This document shows positions 25,315 to 35,500 of a DNA stretch of 64,000 nucleotides, in pieces. Position 1 is the first letter of the stretch; every line of letters begins with the position of its first letter. Location: positions 1-64,000 of IMG/VR virus record IMGVR_UViG_3300017783_000006, one strand, 5' to 3'. The notes under the pieces were generated by a model. The model searched no databases, was not told the origin of the DNA, and saw nothing but the letters and a program-made list of their open reading frames with translations. The translations under genes and the position numbers were made by a program. Origin of the DNA: a virus.

Positions 25315-25578
25315 TTAATATTCAGAAAGATAGTCCTCATAGATTTCCCAATCTAGGTCTTGCTCACTAACATAATCAATGAGTTCATCTTCAGATAATG
25401 GGATTTCATCATCTTCACCAACATAAAATCCTGCTTTACATACTCCAGGACCATACTCTGGTGGGTCAAGTCTAGTTGCATTATGAATGATGCGAACATC
25501 TTCAACTACTGCTACAACTGTAGCATAACCTTCATCATCAATATCAAAATTGTAAATTAATGTTACATCGTTTGACAT
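25315..25578 (-). CDS. acidic hypothetical protein
   Basis: AT..DPPEYGP..C motif. Confidence 0.7.
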   Translation of the reverse strand: MSNDVTLIYNFDIDDEGYATVVAVVEDVRIIHNATRLDPPEYGPGVCKAGFYVGEDDEIPLSEDELIDYVSEQDLDWEIYEDYLSEY

Positions 25579-25581
25579 AAT

Positions 25582-25731
25582 TCAATAACCGTGCCTAGAA
25601 ATCATTTGTTCCATTTTATCTTCTCTATATTCCTGTTCATCTTCTTCTTCCGTAGTATCATAGATACCAGTGACATATTCATAAATGGCATCAGCATCTA
25701 CATCTAAGTAAAAATTAGAAAAATAAGGCAT
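25582..25731 (-). CDS. small acidic protein (49 aa, MPYFSNF...; not in ORF track)
   Basis: Intact ORF filling the gap. Confidence 0.6.
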   Translation of the reverse strand: MPYFSNFYLDVDADAIYEYVTGIYDTTEEEDEQEYREDKMEQMISRHGY

Positions 25732-25787
25732 TAGAGTAGTTGAAGGGGAGAGGACTTTACTATATATTCACAAAAACCAAGAGTACA

Positions 25788-26882
25788 TCATCCCTCTTGG
25801 TTTATTTGTGTTTGCTCAAATTCAGCATCAATTTTGTCATAAAGTTCAACAAAGGTTGATTTAGTTTCATCGTCGAAACGATTTAGACAAACTCTGATTG
25901 CTTTATCTTTTTTACCAAAGATAGAATATGCTTTGATAATATGAACAAGGCGACGAGTACTGATTACTTCATCAATACCACCATCATTAAAAGTCTTGCG
26001 AATAATATCAGACCAATTACATAGATGTGCAATGAAGTCAGTATGCTCACTAACCATAGGAATTTTAAGAGACTCTGCAATTTTAGTCAAGATTTTAGTC
26101 TCAGTAGCAACAGTTGGATATTGTTGCTCAAAAGTTACAGGAAACCTTTCTAGAAATGCTTCATTCAACACATTGGTGCCAATAAAACGACCATCATCAG
26201 AACCTTTACCCTTAGTGTTGGCAGTGGCAAATACATTGAAACCAGGAGAAGGAGTGATATGCTTACCAATCTTTTTCAGGAATGTACCTTTGCCTTCAAG
26301 AATACTTTGAAGACAGAGAATCTTATTAGATGCAAGGTCAATCTCATCGAGGAGGAGGATAGCACCTCGTTCAAGAGCCTCAATGACAGGACCATTGTGC
26401 CAGACAGTATTACCGTCAAGCAAACGGAAACCACCAATAAGATCATCTTCATCAGTCTCAATAGTAATATTCACACGGATGAGTTCTCTACCAAGTTGAG
26501 CACATGCTTGCTCCACACCGAACGTCTTGCCATTACCAGAGAGACCAGTAATGAACGTCGGATAGAACATATGTGACTGAATAACCTTTTTAATATCCGG
26601 GAAGTTTCCGAATGGTACAAAAGTACCATCTTTCTGAGGGATAAGGTTTTGAACAACAGTATTCATCGTAGAAACACCTGCAGAAGTGGAGTTATAATTT
26701 TCTTCTAGATCTTGAACAGTTTCTTCAAGATTCCACTTACCACGTCCAACTTTATATTGTTGAAGATATTTAGAAAGAGTTGCGTAAGATGTATTCAATT
26801 CCGATGCAACCATCTTCACAGCATCAGCACCAAATTCAGTACCATATTTTTGCTTGAGGATAGTCAGTGCGTTTTCGGTCAT
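25788..26882 (-). CDS. cobS: CobS-like / MoxR-type AAA+ ATPase
   Basis: Walker A GLSGNGKT, Walker B LLLDEID, TANTKG, LNEAFLERF, STRRL. Confidence 0.9.
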   Translation of the reverse strand: MTENALTILKQKYGTEFGADAVKMVASELNTSYATLSKYLQQYKVGRGKWNLEETVQDLEENYNSTSAGVSTMNTVVQNLIPQKDGTFVPFGNFPDIKKVIQSHMFYPTFITGLSGNGKTFGVEQACAQLGRELIRVNITIETDEDDLIGGFRLLDGNTVWHNGPVIEALERGAILLLDEIDLASNKILCLQSILEGKGTFLKKIGKHITPSPGFNVFATANTKGKGSDDGRFIGTNVLNEAFLERFPVTFEQQYPTVATETKILTKIAESLKIPMVSEHTDFIAHLCNWSDIIRKTFNDGGIDEVISTRRLVHIIKAYSIFGKKDKAIRVCLNRFDDETKSTFVELYDKIDAEFEQTQINQEG

Positions 26883-26905
26883 GGGGTTTGATTGATTACC
26901 TTGTA

Positions 26906-26962
26906 ATTATAGGGCAGAGTGGGGCAGAGTGGGGGGCAGAGTGGTCACCCCCCAAACTGGTC
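26906..26962 (-). promoter_or_regulatory. early-type promoter with dyad and a triple CACTCTGCCC repeat
   Basis: TATAAT; TTACAAGGTAATCAA leader; dyad 37 bp upstream. Confidence 0.65.
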
Positions 26963-29132
26963 AGGAAATGAGTTCAACAAAAGAACCAAGCATTTTTTTG
27001 TTAGTCTTTTTCCTCTTAAGCATTTTAGTAAATGCAGACTTAATTTGTGCCTTAGTTGCATCTTCAGGAACATTGAATTCTTCATCCTGAGCAAGAGAAG
27101 ATGCAGCAACCACATTAAACTGGTCAAATCCAGTGTCTTTAAATTGAACACAACTCTGCTTTCTGTAGATAGCAGAAACCTCATCATAAGAAGAATTTCC
27201 AGATCCATACCAGCTCCAGCAAGTACGGAAATCCCGAGAAGGAGTGATACGGAAGTTGATGAAATTTACTGTAGAAAACTTATCCTTAAGAGTTTGTAAA
27301 AGAATTTTTGCATACTTAGGGAAATTATCATACTCAAATGGTGCATAAACACGACCAGTCTTCCTATCACGAATCGTTGTACGATTCCTTCTAGTAAAAC
27401 CAACATACTTGTGGTCAGGGTCACGATATGAAGTACGTTCAACAGTAATTGCATTCTGATAACCTTCACCATCAGTGAGAAGAACAACATTTACTTTTTG
27501 AAGTTTGTTCTTCTTTTGAAACATCGGAATAACTTCATGCATTACCATTAAAGTTTCACCCAAAGGAGTTCCCGAAAGTTCCAAATGTGGAGGAGCATAT
27601 CCACGATGATACTGATAAGAGTATGCAACAGCCCAGATATTTTTAAGTTGCTCTTCAAGAACACGGTTGTTAGTAGTGCTAGTAAAGTAATTCATCAAAC
27701 GAAAGGATTCTTCTGGGGCAATAATTCCAGCAACCTTTTCATAAGTAGGGAGATGATCTTTCTGATGATTAATGTAAGAAGAAGGGTCCATAGTGAATGC
27801 GTAAACCTCAAATGGAATGTTCACTTTACGGCAGAACCAAACTAGGTTCAGAAGTTGCTTGTAAGCATCTAGAAGGAAGTTACCCATAGAACCAGACCAA
27901 TCCATAATAAAAATTAGTCCATGGTTTTTGCCGTCAGGAATGACAGAAACTTTCTTGAATAGATCTTCATTGTACTTGTAACTATGAAGTTTAGATGTAT
28001 CAATAACACCAGTACGAGCAACAGAAGAACGAGCATATTGATCAGCAGACTTTTTACACTCAAACTCCTTTACAAGATAAGAAACTTCTTTCTCTGCACT
28101 TTTCTTGTACTTAGTATACTCCTGACAAGCAAATTCAAAATACTCCTTGATGTATTGATTATCAATATTGTAATAAGCAGTTGCTGCCTGATGAATATAG
28201 TCGTTAGGAATAATTGTATTGTCAAGATTCCACTTAGGAAGTTCAACATAGGTTGTATCAGAAGCATTTCTATTCACCAATTCTTGTGCTTTTTCATCAA
28301 AAGAACGAGAAGTAGTTGACTTCAGTTCGTCATTTCCATCTCTTGAATGGGATGTTCCACCACCACCAGAAGATTCCTTAGAAGTAGTATCAGAAGACTC
28401 ATTTTCCGAGTCAGAATTATCAGATTTACCTTGACGTTGAGAAGAATTATCACTTTGCTTCTGAGTATTTTCGGAAGAATCATTTTCTTCACTATCACCT
28501 TCAGTCTCTCCATTATCATCGGAGTTGGATTCATCACTGGTTCCAGAAGGGAAAGGAATATCAGCAATTTGTTGTTCTTCTTTCTTATACTTTACATATT
28601 CTACAATTTCCCTAGAAAGATTCAAAACATCTACAAAAGATTCAGTCTGAATTGCACGGGTCAAAAACTCGTTCTCTTCGTCAGAAAAAGCAATGTTATG
28701 AAATGCACCAATTTTATAATAAAGATTGATACGATCAATGAAAGAAAGTTCATCAAGGTTTTCCTCATTAGTAGAAAAGAAATCCTCAGTATTTAATTCA
28801 TTATAACCGTTGTAAAAAGTTCTAGAAAGACCAGGATACTTATGTTTCATAAGACGTTCAACACGAACGTCTTCTAGGACGTTTACGAAATCCATGGGAA
28901 CTTCAGGATAATCGATAGTCCAATCGATATTATCAGTAAAAAGAGCATGACCAACTTCATGACCAACGAGGAGGTCATAAACAATTGGAGATGCTTTATC
29001 CCAAGTAGGGAGAACCAACACACGACGGTCAACATCAAAGGATGCAGTTGGAACTTGCTTATGCTCAATGATGAGATTTTCAGTTGCCAGACATTTGGCA
29101 AGAGAACCTTTGACTTCTAGGTTGACGGACAT
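26961..29132 (-). CDS. metallopeptidase-like plus vWA (CobT-like) protein, partner of the AAA+ ATPase
   Basis: HEVGH zincin motif, acidic Ser-rich linker, MIDAS DWSGSM...GTPL...LTDGE. Confidence 0.85.
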   Translation of the reverse strand: MSVNLEVKGSLAKCLATENLIIEHKQVPTASFDVDRRVLVLPTWDKASPIVYDLLVGHEVGHALFTDNIDWTIDYPEVPMDFVNVLEDVRVERLMKHKYPGLSRTFYNGYNELNTEDFFSTNEENLDELSFIDRINLYYKIGAFHNIAFSDEENEFLTRAIQTESFVDVLNLSREIVEYVKYKKEEQQIADIPFPSGTSDESNSDDNGETEGDSEENDSSENTQKQSDNSSQRQGKSDNSDSENESSDTTSKESSGGGGTSHSRDGNDELKSTTSRSFDEKAQELVNRNASDTTYVELPKWNLDNTIIPNDYIHQAATAYYNIDNQYIKEYFEFACQEYTKYKKSAEKEVSYLVKEFECKKSADQYARSSVARTGVIDTSKLHSYKYNEDLFKKVSVIPDGKNHGLIFIMDWSGSMGNFLLDAYKQLLNLVWFCRKVNIPFEVYAFTMDPSSYINHQKDHLPTYEKVAGIIAPEESFRLMNYFTSTTNNRVLEEQLKNIWAVAYSYQYHRGYAPPHLELSGTPLGETLMVMHEVIPMFQKKNKLQKVNVVLLTDGEGYQNAITVERTSYRDPDHKYVGFTRRNRTTIRDRKTGRVYAPFEYDNFPKYAKILLQTLKDKFSTVNFINFRITPSRDFRTCWSWYGSGNSSYDEVSAIYRKQSCVQFKDTGFDQFNVVAASSLAQDEEFNVPEDATKAQIKSAFTKMLKRKKTNKKMLGSFVELIS

Positions 29133-29166
29133 CTGGTGTGGTTCTGAACTCCCTGTATTATGGCAT

Positions 29167-29263
29167 AAAAAAGGGGGGTCATCACTCCCCCTCAGACACT
29201 AATAAAACCGTCTACCACCAAAGACGGATCTTGGTTCTCAAAGATACAAAGAAACCTCAAGAC
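29167..29263 (-). ncRNA. candidate ~95-nt small RNA
   Basis: Promoter TTGACA-N17-TACTAT (29298-29270), two hairpins, GC hairpin followed by T7; no ORF. Confidence 0.4.
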
Positions 29264-29329
29264 AAAGATATAGTATCACTTAATCTTGAGGTTGTCAATG
29301 TTGACAAATATAGTGGTTTTTCAGTAAAA

Positions 29330-29500
29330 TCACTCTGTTGGGTTTGAAGGTTCATCTAGTTCATTAAGAGCTTCTAATGCACCTTGTACTTTTAAAAATT
29401 GTTCTTTCTTTGAATTAAATTCAGTTTCAAGTTCAACAAGTCTGTCACGGAGTTCTTCTGCACTTTTTTTCAGAGTCTCCTTCATTTGTGTGGCATCCAT
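29330..29500 (-). CDS. small coiled-coil protein (56 aa, MDATQMKE...NPTE; not in ORF track)
   Basis: Perfect TATAAATA late promoter at 29531-29538. Confidence 0.7.
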   Translation of the reverse strand: MDATQMKETLKKSAEELRDRLVELETEFNSKKEQFLKVQGALEALNELDEPSNPTE

Positions 29501-29538
29501 AGTGTTATTATTATAAAATTACTACGAATTTATTTATA

Positions 29539-32500
29539 TCACCAATTTTTAGTGGTTTTTGGACCAACATAATATGCTTTAATAACAGGAAGAAGTGCAA
29601 GCCATGGAGTATGTAAAGGAATTTTAGTTTGACCTGCTCCAGCACCACCATAAGTTCCAACTGTGTGATTATGATTTGCTACTGGTCCAGTTTGTACTGT
29701 ATGATTGTGTTTACCACTATCACCAACATCATGATTATGATTTCCAGTTGGAGCAACATCAACATTATGACTGTGAGAACCACCAGTATTTACACTCAAT
29801 GGGTGAACATGTCCACCATCAGCAATAATATTATGCGAGTGATTTGCTATTGGTGTTAATGCTAATGGGTGTCTGTGTGAACCATCACCATCCACTTCAA
29901 CCTGGTGAGCATGATAACCATTTTCATTTAAAGTGATTCTTAATGGGTGTCCATGTCTACCATTCAGTTCAGCAGATGCATTATGACCATGATATCCGTT
30001 TTGTTGAACTTGTATTTGGTGAGAATGTTTACCATTTTCTTGCACAGAAAGATTATGTCTGTGGCTACCATTCGATTCGACGGATACACTTGGTCTATTG
30101 TCTGAGGTATTGTAAGTTGGATCATTGTCATCTCCAGCAGCCTCATCACCATCACCACCTTTACCTCTCTCATATCTATATTGGTGACTATGGTCACCAA
30201 CTCTTGTACCATGTCCATGATATCCTTCAGTATTAGTCTCTCCACCATGAGCATGTTTACCATTTTGAGTAGTGGATCCTTGGTGAGCATGTTTACCATT
30301 TTGTACTACTCTTACATTATGAGTGTGACCAGCATCTGGACCTAACTCTTTAGTTGCAGTGCCATGATTATGTTTACCATTCTGCTTAGTTCCTGAACCA
30401 GGGTGTCTGTGATTTCCTATTGGACCCATATTATATTCATGAGTATGCCCACCTTGTGCTCCTGTTTCTCCATTATGGGAATGACTACCTTGAGTTCCTA
30501 TATTATGTTGGTGAGCATGTCCATCATGTTGTGAAACACTAGTTGGGTGTTCGTGAGTACCATTACTAGATAATGGGTGTTCGTGACCATTGTGGGTTGA
30601 GACAGCAGTTGGGTGGTTATGAGTACCATTTTGTGATAATGGGTGGGCATGTGATGGAACATCATTAGCATTAATTTTATGCTCATTCTTACCACCAGTT
30701 TGTCCAACATTATGTCCACCACCACTAATAGGACCATTTCCACTACCCATAACATCCTTTTCTCTTAGATCAGGAAGTTTTCCGTTTGCACCAAATGTAT
30801 TTCCTAGAATTGAAAATAAATGCGAGTAATCAGCAGTTCTTCCTTGAACATTTCCTGTTCCATTTGGAACTATAGAACCATCGCATATTAAGTATCCTTC
30901 AGGAGCTTGTGCTGCAGCAAAATAATGAACAGATCCAATTGGTGGTTGCTGTTGCATCCACATCCACTTAACACCAAGAGTTTGACTGCTATTTGCAACT
31001 AATACTTGGTCATTAGAACCAACATTAAGCATTTCTGCTCTATTTTGTTGCTTACCAACAGCAATTTGTCCCTTTGCAGTCCATCCTTCATCATCAAGGA
31101 CCATACCTTGACCACCAAGAGCAATAATATGACAAGATTTGCCTGCTGATGGAGCAACAATAAATTGAATCTGTGGATTATAATTGAAATTGGGTGAAGT
31201 CCCAGAGAATGGAATGATATAATCAGCACCAGGTTCTAATAAAGTATCACCATCTAAGTATACGAGTAAGTTTGCTGGACCTTCTGGTTCAAATGCAGCA
31301 CCATCTGGAGCAAATAAGTTAAATGTTCTTTTAGATCCATTAAACTGATTTGCAATAGAATTCAATCTTACAGAGTTACCCTTAGGGTAACCATTCATTG
31401 TAATAGGTGGTTGTGGAACGTATGTAAGAGTATTAATGAAGTCTTGCTGTTGGAGAATGGTATCAGTACCATTTGCTCTCAAGAAGTGGGATTGTCCATT
31501 AGTCGAACCACCACCCTGTTTGATGAATGACGCAGCAGTAATATTCCCTTTAAATGTTGAATTATTTTGAACACATAGTCCTTGACCAATTGAAACGTTT
31601 TTAGCAATACCAACACCACCATCAAATTGAACAGAACCAGTATTAACATTACATAATGTATTGTTAGTAGTTTTAGTGAAAGTAGTAGTACCGTCAATAG
31701 TGACGTTATCCTCTAAGGTTAGTGTACCTTCAATTGTTACAGTACTATTAAATACTGCTGGTCCAATTTTTCCACAAACATAAAGGTTCTTAGCAATACC
31801 AACACCACCCGCAACTCTTAAAGAACCAGTTGTGCAAGAGGTTGCTTGTGTAGTTCCTCTAATAGATACGAATGATGATGCACTATTATTACCCATGGTA
31901 ATAGAGGAAGCAGTCTTAGCAAAATTAAGTGTGCTAATATTCGTATTAACTAAATTAAATGTTGTTGTGGTAGGTGTTGAAATTGTATTACCACCAACAT
32001 CCAAAGTTCCTAGGATATTAGTATTACCACTTGTGTCAATCTTTAATTTTGTTTCACTTGCTCTATCAAAATCTTCATTTCCAGCAGCAGTTGTTGTTGC
32101 TGGATTTGCAAGTTTCCAAGAATTTCCATCACTAGCATCGATACCCGAATACCAACGAACATTTGCATTATTTTTTGACCTATGCCAAGAGAGAACAGCA
32201 TCACCGTTTCCTTTCTGGTCTATTTTTAAGTGATTTCCCTCAAGTTCTTTACCAGAATTGCTTTGTTCAAAGTGGAAATGTCCAAGTGGTGTGATGTGGA
32301 AGTTTTGATTAGTGCCGACAGTAAATATCATGTCAGCACTTGGATCTGGTGCTTCAATTTTTAATGTACCACTAGATCCTCTCTTAGTGATTGTAGCATC
32401 ACCATTTGCCAGGTCATTGATGATGAATGTTCCATCAGGATATCCAGTATCATTAGTATGTAATGCTAGTTTTGCAGATCCAGAATTATTTCCGATACCT

Positions 32501-35500
32501 AGGTCTAATGAAACAATATCTTCAGCAACATTAATTGTATTGATTTCTAATGCAGCAGTGACAGCAGTACCAATTCCCAATCCATCTCTAGTTGACCAAG
32601 TTTGATAAACATTGGCATCAGTATTGGAAAGAACTTGAAAATTATCTTCAATTCTTACAATACCATTTCTATCATTAGGATCACTATCTAATACTAGAGC
32701 ACCAGTTCCAGAAACTTTAGTAATTGCATTATCGTTGAAGATACCAACATTAATATTACCAAATCTACCACCAATTCCATAAACATTAGATAAGAAGTCA
32801 ACCCTACCAGTGAATGTAGTGAAACCGACAACTTCTATATTAAAGAATTCCTGAGTTCCACCTTCACAAAGAATAGTTCTATATGGTGGTAAACCAGTAA
32901 TAGGATCAATCTTGGAATTGGTAAAGTATCCAGTTCCTCTTACTGTAATATCTTGGAAGATAACATCACCAAGTTCCTGTCCTTGGTCTAGTGTTAAAAC
33001 ACCAGTTACCTGTAAGTTTTCAACAATTGTTTGGTCACTTACTCTTAATTTTATTAAGTTCTGAGGAACAGGAACATTGCCGATTCCCAGATGGTCTATC
33101 ATTAGAGTCTTTTCATCGGCAACTGCACTAATGAATCCCCACTGTCTCCATTCACCTTCGGTATAAACGTGACCAATGTAACCATCAATTGGGTTAGAGA
33201 TAAATTTGATGTCACCAGGAGTTTTTGCACTAGAAGTTGGAGTAGAAATACCAACTGTTAGTAGTTTTGCTTGCTGTGCATTTCCTTTTAAGAATAAATT
33301 CTTAGTCTCAATACCTAATTCTGAAGTATTGGTTACTTTGTTTGTAAAGTTTACTGGACCATAGAATTGTGATGTCTGGTTGGTATTCTCACCACCCTCA
33401 ACAGTAATTCTTCTTCTTACTAGAAGTTCGTCAAAAATTCCACTTGAAAGGTTTGTATTTTCACCCTCAGCATCATCACCAGTGTATGTGATAACAGGTG
33501 CATCAACTACACTTTCCTCACCAGTTGCAGAACTTAGTTTCTTACTTCCAGAGAAAAATTCACCAAGGTCATTCATACCAGTGTAAACAACTGAACCACC
33601 TCGTTGTTCTTTAGACTGAGACTTAAGAACTTCCTGCTCAGATAGAATTCTATTCTGCTTTTGAGGCATACCAGTTGAATAGTTACCTGGACCAAATCCA
33701 AGATATTCAAATGTATGTCCAGATGCTCTCATGAATGATGGTCTTCTCAATTCTGAAGGAATTGGGAAGATTTTTCTTGCTAAAGTATTTACTAATGCCG
33801 TAGTTTTTATAGTTCCAAACTTACCACGTAATACACTAAATGGATTTGATGAACCTGAGATTCTTACAATTTCATTATTAATCTGATAATACTCACCTCT
33901 AATTACTGAATCTGGATCAGAGAAATTAATTGTTGTAGATGTATTGTCAAATGCCGAGTTTACATAATTTATTTTTTTATCATAAAGTGTAGTTGCTCTA
34001 GAAGCAATATTTTCCTCACCTCTACCAAGAGTTTTTGCATTAGATGAGAAAACTCTTTTTATAACTTTTCCTGTTGAACCAAGTGCTGTTGAACCAACAC
34101 CTAAAATCTCAACAGTAAATGTAGTTAGACCAACAACACCCTTAACTAATACACTTGCATCAAATGCTGTAATACCCGTGCTTACGATATTGATATTGTT
34201 ACCTGCAAATAATCCATGACTATTTGATGTAGTAAATGTTGCAATACCAGTTTCGGTATCCGACATTTCAAAAGCAGAAATAGATACAACATTTCCAGAT
34301 GGAATTACATATCCAAGTTCACCACTACTATTAGGATCATTTGTACTAATACCTAAAGGTGCATTTAGTACAATTGATTTTGCTGATGGAATACTATTAA
34401 TTTCAAATGCATCATTTAAGTCATCAACATAATATCCATTGAGTTCGATAGCATCAGTAGTATTGTCATTAATTCCAGTAATTGATATAGTGGCATTTAC
34501 TGTTCCACCAGGAATACTTAAATCATCACCAACTGCATATGCAGAACCAGGGTCAAGAAGTTCAACATTAGAAATACCACCAGTAGCATCTGTGGTTACT
34601 TTTGCCGTAGCACCTTCACCATTTGATGAAATTGCGGTTAATTGTACTGAAAATAAAGTAGAAGATGGTGTATAACCAGAACCAGCAGTATTTGTGAAGG
34701 TTTTAATTGAATTTAAATTATGTTCAACATCAGTGAATACAGTAATTGTTGAGTTATTAGTTCCAGATAAGTCTAGTTGAGTTACTGCATAACCAACTTT
34801 AGTTCCTTTAATGAAATAATCTAGACCTTCTCTAGTGATAGAGTGACGTTTATCATTAGTAATGACATCACCAATAACTTTTAAGTCGGAGTAACTTACT
34901 GATGATTTTGGATTAGTATTTAAGTTATCTCTATCTTGTTGAGGGTAAAGGTTTCTTACGTCCTGTGAGAATTGTTTTGTATATAATCCATATCCCACAT
35001 TGGAATCAGGTGATACCGATGAGTTTAAACAAACTAGATGATAAATTCCGTCTTGTCCATCATCACCAGGTACATGCTTTTTAATTTGATTGACACGATA
35101 GATGAAATATGATTCTTTATATTCATCTCTTGAAACTACTGGTAGTGCTTCTCTCTGTTGTCGTGTATTCCTTAAATTGATATCATTGGTAAATGTTCCG
35201 GGTTCTACTTTTACACCATCAGTAATATATTGGAATTGCTTACTATTAAGGATATTTGTAATAGTATAAATTCCATTATAAGTTGAAACAATTCCAACAG
35301 ATAGTGGATTATTTGTACTTCTAATTTTTTGTACCTTTACTTCATCACCTTCGATAAATCCGTGAGGTAACTCGGTCGTTAAAGTAATAACTTGTGAATC
35401 AGCAATTACTGGTGCTGCAACTGCATTAACAATAACTCTTTCGTTTCTTAAATCTTTTGTATTCGTTAGTACATCATTCGTATATGAAACACTAGTTACA

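Noticed and set aside
25788-29132. cobS as a cobalamin-synthesis auxiliary gene
   Set aside because: No CobN or other cob genes. The AAA+ plus peptidase-vWA pair fits a MoxR-type chaperone module common in T4-like phages.
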